Positions 17,151 to 24,623 of a stretch of 32,000 nt of DNA are shown piece after piece. Each line of letters begins with the position of its first letter. The first letter of the stretch is position 1. The translations under genes and the position numbers were made by a program. Origin of the DNA: Candidatus Heimdallarchaeota archaeon B3_Heim (GTDB lineage Archaea; Asgardarchaeota; Heimdallarchaeia; Hodarchaeales; Hodarchaeaceae); NCBI GenBank assembly GCA_003144275.1, contig NJBF01000030.1, forward strand, positions 1 to 32,000, written 5' to 3'. The notes below the pieces were generated by a model. It saw only the letters and a program-made list of their open reading frames with translations, made no database searches and was not told the origin of the DNA.

Positions 17151-18386
17151 TTGGAAAAACCAGCTATAAATGGGGGAAAACGGACTAGAGAGAATGTTTT
17201 GCCACTTTTTGACGTGGATATCGGTGATGAAGAAGCCAAAAATGTTCTTGCGGTCTTAAAATCACGTGATTTGGTGCAAACACACGGAACATGGGCTAAT
17301 CAATTCGGAAAACTTGTTAAAGACTATTTAGGAAGTGGTAATATTGTTATGGCTAATAATGGAACATCGACGATGCATTTAGCCCTAATTGCGCTTGGAG
17401 TCGGGCCAGGTGACGAAGTAATATGTTCACCGCTTGGATGGATATCCAGTGGAACCCCAAGTTTATACCAGAACGCTGTACCAATATATGCAGATGTAGA
17501 TCCTGTTTATGGTTTTATTGATGTCGAGGATGTACGCAGTAAAATTACTCCCAGAACCAAAGCCATATGCGTAGTTCATCCATGGGGATTACCTGCAGAT
17601 TTAGATCCACTTCTCGAGTTGGGAGAAGAAAAAGGAATTCCAATTGTAGAAGACGCTGCTGAAGCTTTTGGTGCTACCTATAAAGGAAAAAAGGTTGGAT
17701 TATTCGGAAGTTTTGGTAGTTTTTCAACAGTCTGGAATAAGATTATTACAACAGGTGAGGGAGGCTTTCTGGTTACTGATGACGAAAACCTCGCTCAAGT
17801 TGCAGGACACTATGCAAGTTTTGCCAAAGTCCCTGGAAAGGGAGATTATTTCGATGGACTTGGCTATAATTATCGTATGACAGAAATGATGGGCGCTCTG
17901 GGAGTTGCACAAATTAAAAGAGTAGAAGAGGTTATTAAAAAGCGTCGTGCCAACGCAGATTACCTTCGGAAACAATTAAGCTCTTTAAATATTCAAGGAT
18001 TAAATTTACCGGAGGAACCGGAATGGGGACGGGGTGTTTGGTGGAAATTTACCGTTTTATTGGATTTAGATAAGTTTACAGATTCAAAAGATGAAATTCT
18101 AAAAGCAATTCAGGCTGAAGGAATAGGCGTTGCAGCACCTGTTAATCCTGATAATCTTCAACCGTTCTATTCTACTAAGCAAGTGTATGGCAATACTAGC
18201 TGTCCTTGGGATTGCCATTACTATAACGGTCCGAAAAATATTGATTATTCTCTAATGTGCCCAGAAGCAAAAATTTACTCGGATCGAGCACTTTGGCTAA
18301 CAGGGTGTGGACCAAGATTAACAAATCCCGATCTAGATTCTATTGTGGTTGCTGTGGATAAGATTTTGAATTGGTATAAAAAGTAA
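17151..18386 (+). CDS. DegT/DnrJ/EryC1/StrS family PLP-dependent sugar aminotransferase
   Basis: NNGTSTMHLAL, GPGDEVI, EDAAEAFG (PLP Asp), NKIITTGEGG (catalytic Lys) and GYNYRM. Confidence 0.93.
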   Translation: MEKPAINGGKRTRENVLPLFDVDIGDEEAKNVLAVLKSRDLVQTHGTWANQFGKLVKDYLGSGNIVMANNGTSTMHLALIALGVGPGDEVICSPLGWISSGTPSLYQNAVPIYADVDPVYGFIDVEDVRSKITPRTKAICVVHPWGLPADLDPLLELGEEKGIPIVEDAAEAFGATYKGKKVGLFGSFGSFSTVWNKIITTGEGGFLVTDDENLAQVAGHYASFAKVPGKGDYFDGLGYNYRMTEMMGALGVAQIKRVEEVIKKRRANADYLRKQLSSLNIQGLNLPEEPEWGRGVWWKFTVLLDLDKFTDSKDEILKAIQAEGIGVAAPVNPDNLQPFYSTKQVYGNTSCPWDCHYYNGPKNIDYSLMCPEAKIYSDRALWLTGCGPRLTNPDLDSIVVAVDKILNWYKK

Positions 18387-18398
18387 AAAAAAGTTAGG

Positions 18399-19073
18399 AT
18401 GTATATGAAATTCACAAAAGAGAAATTTGCAAAATATATAGATCACTCGGCTTTAAAACCTCACTTTGGTGAAAATGATATTATTAGAATGGCAAATGAA
18501 GCATTAGTATGGAAATTTGCTGCTCTTTCGGTAAATCCTGTTTACACTGACATTGCAGCAAGAGAATTACGCGGTGAGGATATCCATGTCAATCCCTGTA
18601 TAGCTTTTCCATTTGGTGCGATTACTCCAGAGTTAAAAGCTTTAATAACGGAGAATTGTATGAAGAAAGGAGCCACAGAAATTGATATGGTCGCAAATAT
18701 AGGTGCCATTCGAGAGGAAAAGTGGGAATTTGTGAAAAAAGACATAGAGGGAGTGGTGAAAGCTGCGAATGATAGGGAAGTAAAGGTAATTATTGAAACT
18801 GCCTATTTAACTGACGACTTAAAAGAAAAAGCGGCTGTTATCGTAGCTGATGCAGGTGCTGCATTTGTTAAAACGAGCACTGGATATGCTCCTTCAGGAG
18901 CAAGTATTCATGATATTAAACTGTTATATACAGCTGTTGGCAAAAGAATTAAAGTAAAAGCGGCGGGGGGTATCCGTCATTATGAAGATGCTGTTGTATT
19001 AATTGAGAATGGTGCAAGTAGAATAGCTTCAAGCTCCTCTATACAAATCATGAAAGAAGGAGGGTTCACATAA
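18399..19073 (+). CDS. deoC: Deoxyribose-phosphate aldolase (DeoC family)
   Basis: IDHSALKP, EIDMV, VKVIIET, FVKTSTG (Schiff-base Lys) and VKAAGGIR. Confidence 0.92.
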   Translation: MYMKFTKEKFAKYIDHSALKPHFGENDIIRMANEALVWKFAALSVNPVYTDIAARELRGEDIHVNPCIAFPFGAITPELKALITENCMKKGATEIDMVANIGAIREEKWEFVKKDIEGVVKAANDREVKVIIETAYLTDDLKEKAAVIVADAGAAFVKTSTGYAPSGASIHDIKLLYTAVGKRIKVKAAGGIRHYEDAVVLIENGASRIASSSSIQIMKEGGFT

Positions 19074-19079
19074 AATTCC

Positions 19080-19086
19080 TTTTTTT
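19080..19086 (+). terminator. Candidate archaeal oligo-T terminator after deoC
   Basis: T7 run 6 nt after the stop codon. Confidence 0.4.
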
Positions 19087-19281
19087 ATAAGTAACCAACA
19101 TACAATAAGCAGCAATAATCTTATAAAAGAAAAAAGGCCTATTTTTATTACTTCTTTTAAAATCGAATTTTTTGTCTGTATTCTAATATTTCGCTGTAAT
19201 ACAACGTAAACACTTTTCTCGATTATTTTTATACTAAATGGCAATCGGTACAGCCTTTTTTCCATGTTTTAAACAGATATG

Positions 19282-19289
19282 TTTATATA
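19282..19289 (+). promoter_or_regulatory. Candidate TATA box TTTATATA for PTS IIC
   Basis: Consensus archaeal TATA box about 85 nt upstream of the start; an identical box precedes IIB. Confidence 0.45.
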
Positions 19290-19372
19290 TGAGTGATTTA
19301 CTAAACCGAGACTTGTGATTTGAGAGAAAACAATCTCAAATTTCATTCAAAAAACATATACGGTGAATAATA

Positions 19373-20965
19373 TTGGCAATAATGCAAAATGATCTTGTTG
19401 ATAGTATAAATGAGCTGTTACAAGGTCCAATTGAGTGGTTGTTTAATGCCGGACCTATCATTATGTTTCCCATAATTATTATCATACTGGGGCTTATTTT
19501 TAGACAAAGCCTCTCAAAATCCGTCAGAAGTGGTATCCTTATTGGAATCGGCTTCATCGGTATCTTCACTTTCGCATTTGATGTGTTTATGGAAACAGTT
19601 GGTCCAGCAGCTTTCGCTTTTGTCGAAAATACTGGAGTTAAACTGACAGCAATCGATGTTGGATGGGGTCTCGCAAGCAGTATTACGTGGGCTATGCCGA
19701 CAGCTTTCGGTGTTATCGTTGTATGTTTCATAGTAAACCTAATAATGTTAGCATTAGGAAATAGAACAGTTACTGTCATAGGTAAGACATTTAAAATCGG
19801 CACTATGACATTAGATGTAGATCTATGGAACTATTGGGCGTTTGGATTTACTGCCGCTCTCACATACGTAGTAACTCAAAACTCTCTAGGTGAATTTCCA
19901 GCATACGTGTTAGCAATGCTATTTGCAGCTATACACGCAATCATGGCTTTCAAGATATCAGACTGGATTGCACCTTGTATGGCTGATCCTGAAAACTTTA
20001 ATTTACCAGGAATCTCGTTACCTCACGGAAATGCGATGATGGCACCATACGCGTTTGGTATTGACAAGGTCTTGCGAAAGATCCCCTTCATCGGGTCTAT
20101 CAAGGCCGATCCCGAATCAGTTCAAGAAAAACTTGGTCTAATCGGTGAACCAATCTTCATTGGTTTAGTTATTGGAGCATTTATTGGTACTCTCGGGTAC
20201 TATCCATTGATTGATACTGATTTCTGGGGACCAGAAGGTTTTCTGTTATTGGTTGCAAATGTAGCCATGACATCAGCAGCTGTTATGTATTTAATACCCA
20301 AAATGGTCGCTGTTCTTATGGAAGGGCTCATACCTCTATCCGAAGGCATTCGGGATTACATTACACAAAAATATCCTGGACGTGAGTTCATCATTGGAAT
20401 GGATATGGCTATTATCATAGGATATCCAGCTGTAATTGCTGTAGCTCTTATAATGATTCCAATTTCAATTTTCATGGCGGTTATACTTAGTAACCTCCCA
20501 ACACCATTTGGAATGATTGTATTACCTTATGCAGACCTAGCAGGTATGGTTTTCTATTCAGTATTGGCCATTATGCCCTCCAAGGGTAATCTTGTTCGCG
20601 GTGTTATATCTGGTACAATTCAACTTGTCGTCATATTGTACACTGCTGGAATAATGGCACCTCTGATGACTGTTGCTGGAACCACTGCAGGCTTCGATTT
20701 AACAGGTTTCTACTTTGGTGAAACAGGCCTGACAATCACATCTCTAGATGCTGGAAGTAATGCGGTCCATTGGATGCTTATTCTTTTGATTTTCCCATTC
20801 TTCCAAATGGCAGAATGGACTGCTATCTTTACAACTGGTGGTTATTGGATTTGGTTTGCTATAGATGTCGCATGGTGGGTTGGTTACATCCTATTATGGT
20901 ACTATCTAAGAAACGAACCAACGAAGATCTCAGAAGAGAAACTCCAGGATACAGCTGTTGCGTAA
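19373..20965 (+). CDS. PTS galactitol-family (Gat/Sgc) EIIC permease
   Basis: IGIGFIGI, IDVGW, VDLWNYW, ISLPHG, GEPIFIGL, PKMV.VLMEGL.PLSEG and LPYADLA are GatC-family motifs; SD-like GGTGA before the TTG. Confidence 0.9.
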   Translation: MAIMQNDLVDSINELLQGPIEWLFNAGPIIMFPIIIIILGLIFRQSLSKSVRSGILIGIGFIGIFTFAFDVFMETVGPAAFAFVENTGVKLTAIDVGWGLASSITWAMPTAFGVIVVCFIVNLIMLALGNRTVTVIGKTFKIGTMTLDVDLWNYWAFGFTAALTYVVTQNSLGEFPAYVLAMLFAAIHAIMAFKISDWIAPCMADPENFNLPGISLPHGNAMMAPYAFGIDKVLRKIPFIGSIKADPESVQEKLGLIGEPIFIGLVIGAFIGTLGYYPLIDTDFWGPEGFLLLVANVAMTSAAVMYLIPKMVAVLMEGLIPLSEGIRDYITQKYPGREFIIGMDMAIIIGYPAVIAVALIMIPISIFMAVILSNLPTPFGMIVLPYADLAGMVFYSVLAIMPSKGNLVRGVISGTIQLVVILYTAGIMAPLMTVAGTTAGFDLTGFYFGETGLTITSLDAGSNAVHWMLILLIFPFFQMAEWTAIFTTGGYWIWFAIDVAWWVGYILLWYYLRNEPTKISEEKLQDTAVA

Positions 20966-20994
20966 TAATATCAGCTACGTAACTTCTTCCCCCC

Positions 20995-21004
20995 TTTTTT
21001 TTTT
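20995..21004 (+). terminator. Candidate oligo-T terminator between PTS IIC and IIB
   Basis: C-run followed by T10, about 30 nt after the stop. Confidence 0.45.
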
Positions 21005-21023
21005 CCATTCGATTTTTAAGCGA

Positions 21024-21031
21024 TTTATATA
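21024..21031 (+). promoter_or_regulatory. Candidate TATA box TTTATATA for PTS IIB
   Basis: Consensus TATA box about 65 nt upstream of the ATG; SD GTGAGG at the start. Confidence 0.45.
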
Positions 21032-21095
21032 ATTTTAAACAACGTAAGAGATTAAAATGTAATCAAATTCTAAAGTTAATAAGTGAGGATTCTTA

Positions 21096-21416
21096 ATGGC
21101 AAAACTTGTATTAGTAGCATGTGGGACAGCAATCGCAACTGCGACTGTTGTAGCCTCAAAAGTGAAAGAGATAATGAAAGCTAATAAAATTCCAGGAAAG
21201 GTAGTTCAGTGCAAAGCTTTTGAAGTTAAATCAAAAGTTAACTACCAAAAATATGATTTAATTGTTTCTACAACAATGGTTTCTGGTGAAACAACAATCG
21301 AGGGAAGACGCGTTGTCGGTAATGATAAAGTAACGATTTTGGGTGGTATTCCCTTTCTTTCGGGTCGTGGTATGGAAGAACTCAAAGAAGAAATTGTTAA
21401 ATCTTTAAAAGAATAA
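21096..21416 (+). CDS. PTS galactitol-family EIIB component
   Basis: LVACGTAIATATVV phosphorylation loop with catalytic Cys; DLIVSTT and GIPFLSGRG. Confidence 0.9.
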   Translation: MAKLVLVACGTAIATATVVASKVKEIMKANKIPGKVVQCKAFEVKSKVNYQKYDLIVSTTMVSGETTIEGRRVVGNDKVTILGGIPFLSGRGMEELKEEIVKSLKE

Positions 21417-21516
21417 ATCTCACATTACGATTTACGACCTCTAATATCCATTTCAAATGTAGATATTGAGCGCGATCTATTCTGATTTCAGGCCAAAAAC
21501 ACCTGAACTTAATGTG

Positions 21517-21708
21517 TTATCTTTGTTGTATTAATACCGTTCTGAAAGACTTACCCAAATAGGACTGGTAAAAATAATTAGGAAAAATTATTACAAACAG
21601 TCTTTGGAGCTGTTCTTCCTGATTCAACGACGCGAGCCTGCTGAAATGCAGGTCTTGCCACCTCTCCACAGGCATTTAAGGTCTCCGCGGAACTCTCGGC
21701 GACCGGAA
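21517..21708 (-). ncRNA. Predicted omega/reRNA of tnpB copy 2 (scaffold to 21537, guide about 21536-21517); 5' boundary approximate
   Basis: Collinear with 835-1006, with the same CCTGC/GCAGG hairpin and GAACGG end. Confidence 0.6.
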
Positions 21709-22858
21709 AGAGTAGGAACTGATAGATAGAATAATAATTGGCAACATTAAGTGCAGCATTCTGATCACGATCTAATACCAACCCGCATAACGGGCAATGA
21801 AAAATTCGATCAGCTAACGTCAGATCACGACGGTAATAAAGGCAATTCGAGCATAATTTCGAGGAAGGAAACCAGCGATCGATCTCAATCACCATGGAAC
21901 CATATAAAGGCGCCTTATATTTTAATAACCTCTGAAACATACCATGTGAAAGATCGGCCCAATATTTACTCAGCTTTTTATTTTGCATTAATCCTTTGAC
22001 ATATAAATCCTCGGTAACTATCACACTGTGGTTTTTAGCGAGATAGGTGGAGGTTTGATGCAAAAAATTATGCCGTTGGTTAGTAATTCGACGATAAAAT
22101 CGCGCTAAACGGAGGGCTGATTTCTGTTTATTATTTGAGCCTTTCTCTTTCCGTGAATGAGCTTTCGCTAAGCGACACTGTTTCCGAGCTTGACGGAGGA
22201 GAAATTTAGGTCGTACGATTGGTATTCCAGAAGATAAGGCTGCAAAGACAGATAATCCTTTATCCAACGCAACGAGTGGTCCACCGTTGGGTTCACGATC
22301 AATTTGCACCTCTTTCACGGTAAGAGCAACATACCAGCGATCCGCAGTCCGAGAGACCGTGGCACTCAGTATCCGTGTCGATACAGGTAAATTTGATATT
22401 TCTTTTAGACGTAGTTTCCCCAAACGAGGCAATTGCACCTGTTTTACCTCTGGAAAAAGGCGAACCACTCCTGTCAATCGAAAGCTGTCCTTGCACTTTC
22501 CTTTTTTCTTGAACTTGGGCAATCCGACATAGCGGGTGGTTTGGTTCTTTTTTCTTTGTTGATGATTGGTGAAGAAATTCTGATAGCCACGATCTAAGTC
22601 GCGGAGTGCCTCTTGCGGGACACATTTCGAGACCTCATACATCCAGGGAAAATCAGTGTGTTTCAAGTTGTTTAGTTCTTTATGTTGTTTCATAGCATCG
22701 GTATAACGAGCTTCACCTGTTTGCGTTCGATAACGGTTTTTTCGATTGGCCAATCCCCAGTTCCAGGTAAATCGCGATATACCTGCACATTTGGTCAGAA
22801 GCGTCCGTTCTTTGTTATTTACACATAATTCATACTTGTATCCTCGCGTCCTGAGCAT
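21578..22858 (-). CDS. tnpB: RNA-guided endonuclease TnpB (IS607-associated type), full length
   Basis: HTH-like N-terminus (RFTWNWGL), FPWMYEVSKCVPQEALRDL, intact D/E/D RuvC triad, zinc finger and VAESSAETLNACG tail. Confidence 0.95.
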   Translation of the reverse strand: MLRTRGYKYELCVNNKERTLLTKCAGISRFTWNWGLANRKNRYRTQTGEARYTDAMKQHKELNNLKHTDFPWMYEVSKCVPQEALRDLDRGYQNFFTNHQQRKKNQTTRYVGLPKFKKKGKCKDSFRLTGVVRLFPEVKQVQLPRLGKLRLKEISNLPVSTRILSATVSRTADRWYVALTVKEVQIDREPNGGPLVALDKGLSVFAALSSGIPIVRPKFLLRQARKQCRLAKAHSRKEKGSNNKQKSALRLARFYRRITNQRHNFLHQTSTYLAKNHSVIVTEDLYVKGLMQNKKLSKYWADLSHGMFQRLLKYKAPLYGSMVIEIDRWFPSSKLCSNCLYYRRDLTLADRIFHCPLCGLVLDRDQNAALNVANYYSIYQFLLFPVAESSAETLNACGEVARPAFQQARVVESGRTAPKTVCNNFS

Positions 22859-22925
22859 CCCTGACCATCCTAACTAGTACCCTCGATCATAACATAGCAA
22901 TACGGATTGATTACTCGTTTTTCTG

Positions 22926-22933
22926 CTTATAAA
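22926..22933 (-). promoter_or_regulatory. Candidate TATA box (TTTATAAG) for tnpB copy 2
   Basis: About 70 nt upstream of the ATG, inside the inferred left end. Confidence 0.35.
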
Positions 22934-23204
22934 CCTACTAGGCCACGTGATCTAAATCAAAATTGCTAATTTTCCGTTATTTTGATATTAAAAGACTAAC
23001 TAGTTCATCGTTGGAACTATCATCTCATGAGATTCGCTTATTCCTCTATCAATTCAATATTTTAGTCTCTACTCGCTCCTCCTTTGTTGCCTTGCTTTTT
23101 GTTTCCCTTTTCCCCTTATAACTTACTTTTCCTATTTGTCTATAAATGTCTATATTTGGCTAATATTCAATAGATAGTTAACAACCCCTTTTTTTCTTTA
23201 AGGA

Positions 23205-24623
23205 CTAGATAGATTCAAATAATGATTCGATACCAGGTTCAATACCCTGCAATAAACTAAAACCGAATCGAGTTTCACGATTAGTAATTTCTCCAATGAA
23301 ATTTGTCTGCATTAGGGTCTTTACTTCTTCGAGACTTGACGGAGGGAAACCGGTATGTCCCAAAACATACGCCAATTTAGGGTAGGCTGCCTCAGGCAGC
23401 ATATTTCCTCCTTCAATAACACCCCGAGCTAACATTTCTCTTCCTGTTTCATACACACGTAAATGAGCAAATCCATAGAGAGGTTGAACGACCATTACGA
23501 TCGGAATACATTCTTCTTGCGCTCTTTCTAATACTGGATAGAAGTCCGAACTTACATGACCAAGACCAGTCCCTATCATAACTACTCCATGATATCCTAA
23601 ATCTATTACTGAATGGAGTAAGTCAGGATTCATACCTGGATAGAAGTATAAGATAGCCACTTTTTCATCGATTCGCGTATCTAAACGGAAATCCTCATGT
23701 TTTGCTCGACATTTGACAGGGGAAAAGTATGAAATTTCTTGAGTTTGCCAATCAATTTTACCGACAGGAGGAACTGACAAACTACGAAAAGTATCTCGTC
23801 TACTACTATGCATCTTTCTAACACGAGTTGGACGATGTAAATAATCCGCTTTATGGCTAGTTGAACCCATCATAGAAATTAATACTTCACCTATGTCCGC
23901 ATAACCAGCAACTGTTGTTGCGTTTAACAAATTGATTGCAGCGTCACTAGACGGACGATCTGAGGATCGTTGAGAACCCAGTATTATCACTGGAATAGGT
24001 AGATTATGCAAAAAGTACGATAGTGCTGACCCAGTATAGGCCATAGTATCTGTCCCATGTCCAATTATGATTCCATCAGCCCCGCTGTCCACTTCCTTTG
24101 CTATTTCTTCAGCAGTCTTAACCCAAAATTCAGGCTTGAAATTTTCAGAAAGAATTTCAAAAAGAGTTCGTGGAGTTAAATTGACACGAGATTGAATTTC
24201 AGGAACTGCAGCAAATAATTCTTCAGGAGTAAAAGCTGGGAGTACAGCGCCAGTTCGATAATCTAGTCGACTAGCTACCGTGCCACCAGTACCTAGTAGA
24301 ACTACATCGGGAAGAGATTCCTTACGCTTCACATTTATAGCAGGTAACTTATAATTACCTTTTGAATAGCCAAGAAGTTGAAAAATTGTTTTATCGGTAA
24401 TTTCTACTCCGATATTATATCCAGTATCCAACACTCTCAAAGTTATAAAATTGGGAGCGGTAAAAGCTGATCGAGGTAATAATATTCCCTGAAAATGGGC
24501 TCCATTTTCTTTTGTAACAACAATTTCAGACCATACCTTTATTTTCTCTATCGCCAAGATTTCACGTATTTTACCTTTATATCCAGGTAAAGTATCATTA
24601 TCTTCGTCCATATTACTGATCAC
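23205..24623 (-). CDS. gatD: Glu-tRNA(Gln) amidotransferase subunit D
   Basis: N-terminal GILLPRS/GYNIG domain, TGGTVASR, HGTDTMAY, GSQRSSDRPSSD and KMHSSRRDTF. Confidence 0.96.
   Translation of the reverse strand: MISNMDEDNDTLPGYKGKIREILAIEKIKVWSEIVVTKENGAHFQGILLPRSAFTAPNFITLRVLDTGYNIGVEITDKTIFQLLGYSKGNYKLPAINVKRKESLPDVVLLGTGGTVASRLDYRTGAVLPAFTPEELFAAVPEIQSRVNLTPRTLFEILSENFKPEFWVKTAEEIAKEVDSGADGIIIGHGTDTMAYTGSALSYFLHNLPIPVIILGSQRSSDRPSSDAAINLLNATTVAGYADIGEVLISMMGSTSHKADYLHRPTRVRKMHSSRRDTFRSLSVPPVGKIDWQTQEISYFSPVKCRAKHEDFRLDTRIDEKVAILYFYPGMNPDLLHSVIDLGYHGVVMIGTGLGHVSSDFYPVLERAQEECIPIVMVVQPLYGFAHLRVYETGREMLARGVIEGGNMLPEAAYPKLAYVLGHTGFPPSSLEEVKTLMQTNFIGEITNRETRFGFSLLQGIEPGIESLFESI

Larger units (their letters stand above)
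21537..22975 (-). mobile_element. IS607-type non-autonomous tnpB element, copy 2
   Basis: Right end fixed by homology with copy 1. Left end tentatively placed at the AACGG at 22978-22974, about 115 nt upstream of the start. No room for a serine-recombinase tnpA. Confidence 0.65.

Noticed and set aside
19029-19265. 78-aa minus-strand ORF with a hydrophobic patch
   Set aside because: It overlaps the deoC end antisense and lies in an AT-rich promoter region; no homology cues.
13111-23009. Shared 10-mer CTAGTTCATC at 13111 and 23000
   Set aside because: Flanks do not align, and many 10-mer matches are expected by chance in 32 kb.
21417-23204. A disrupted EIIA or HPr gene at the tnpB copy 2 insertion site
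   Set aside because: Joining the flanks at the inferred junction gave no extended ORF in the minus-strand frames I checked across the junction, and I saw no EIIA- or HPr-like motif in the flanks.
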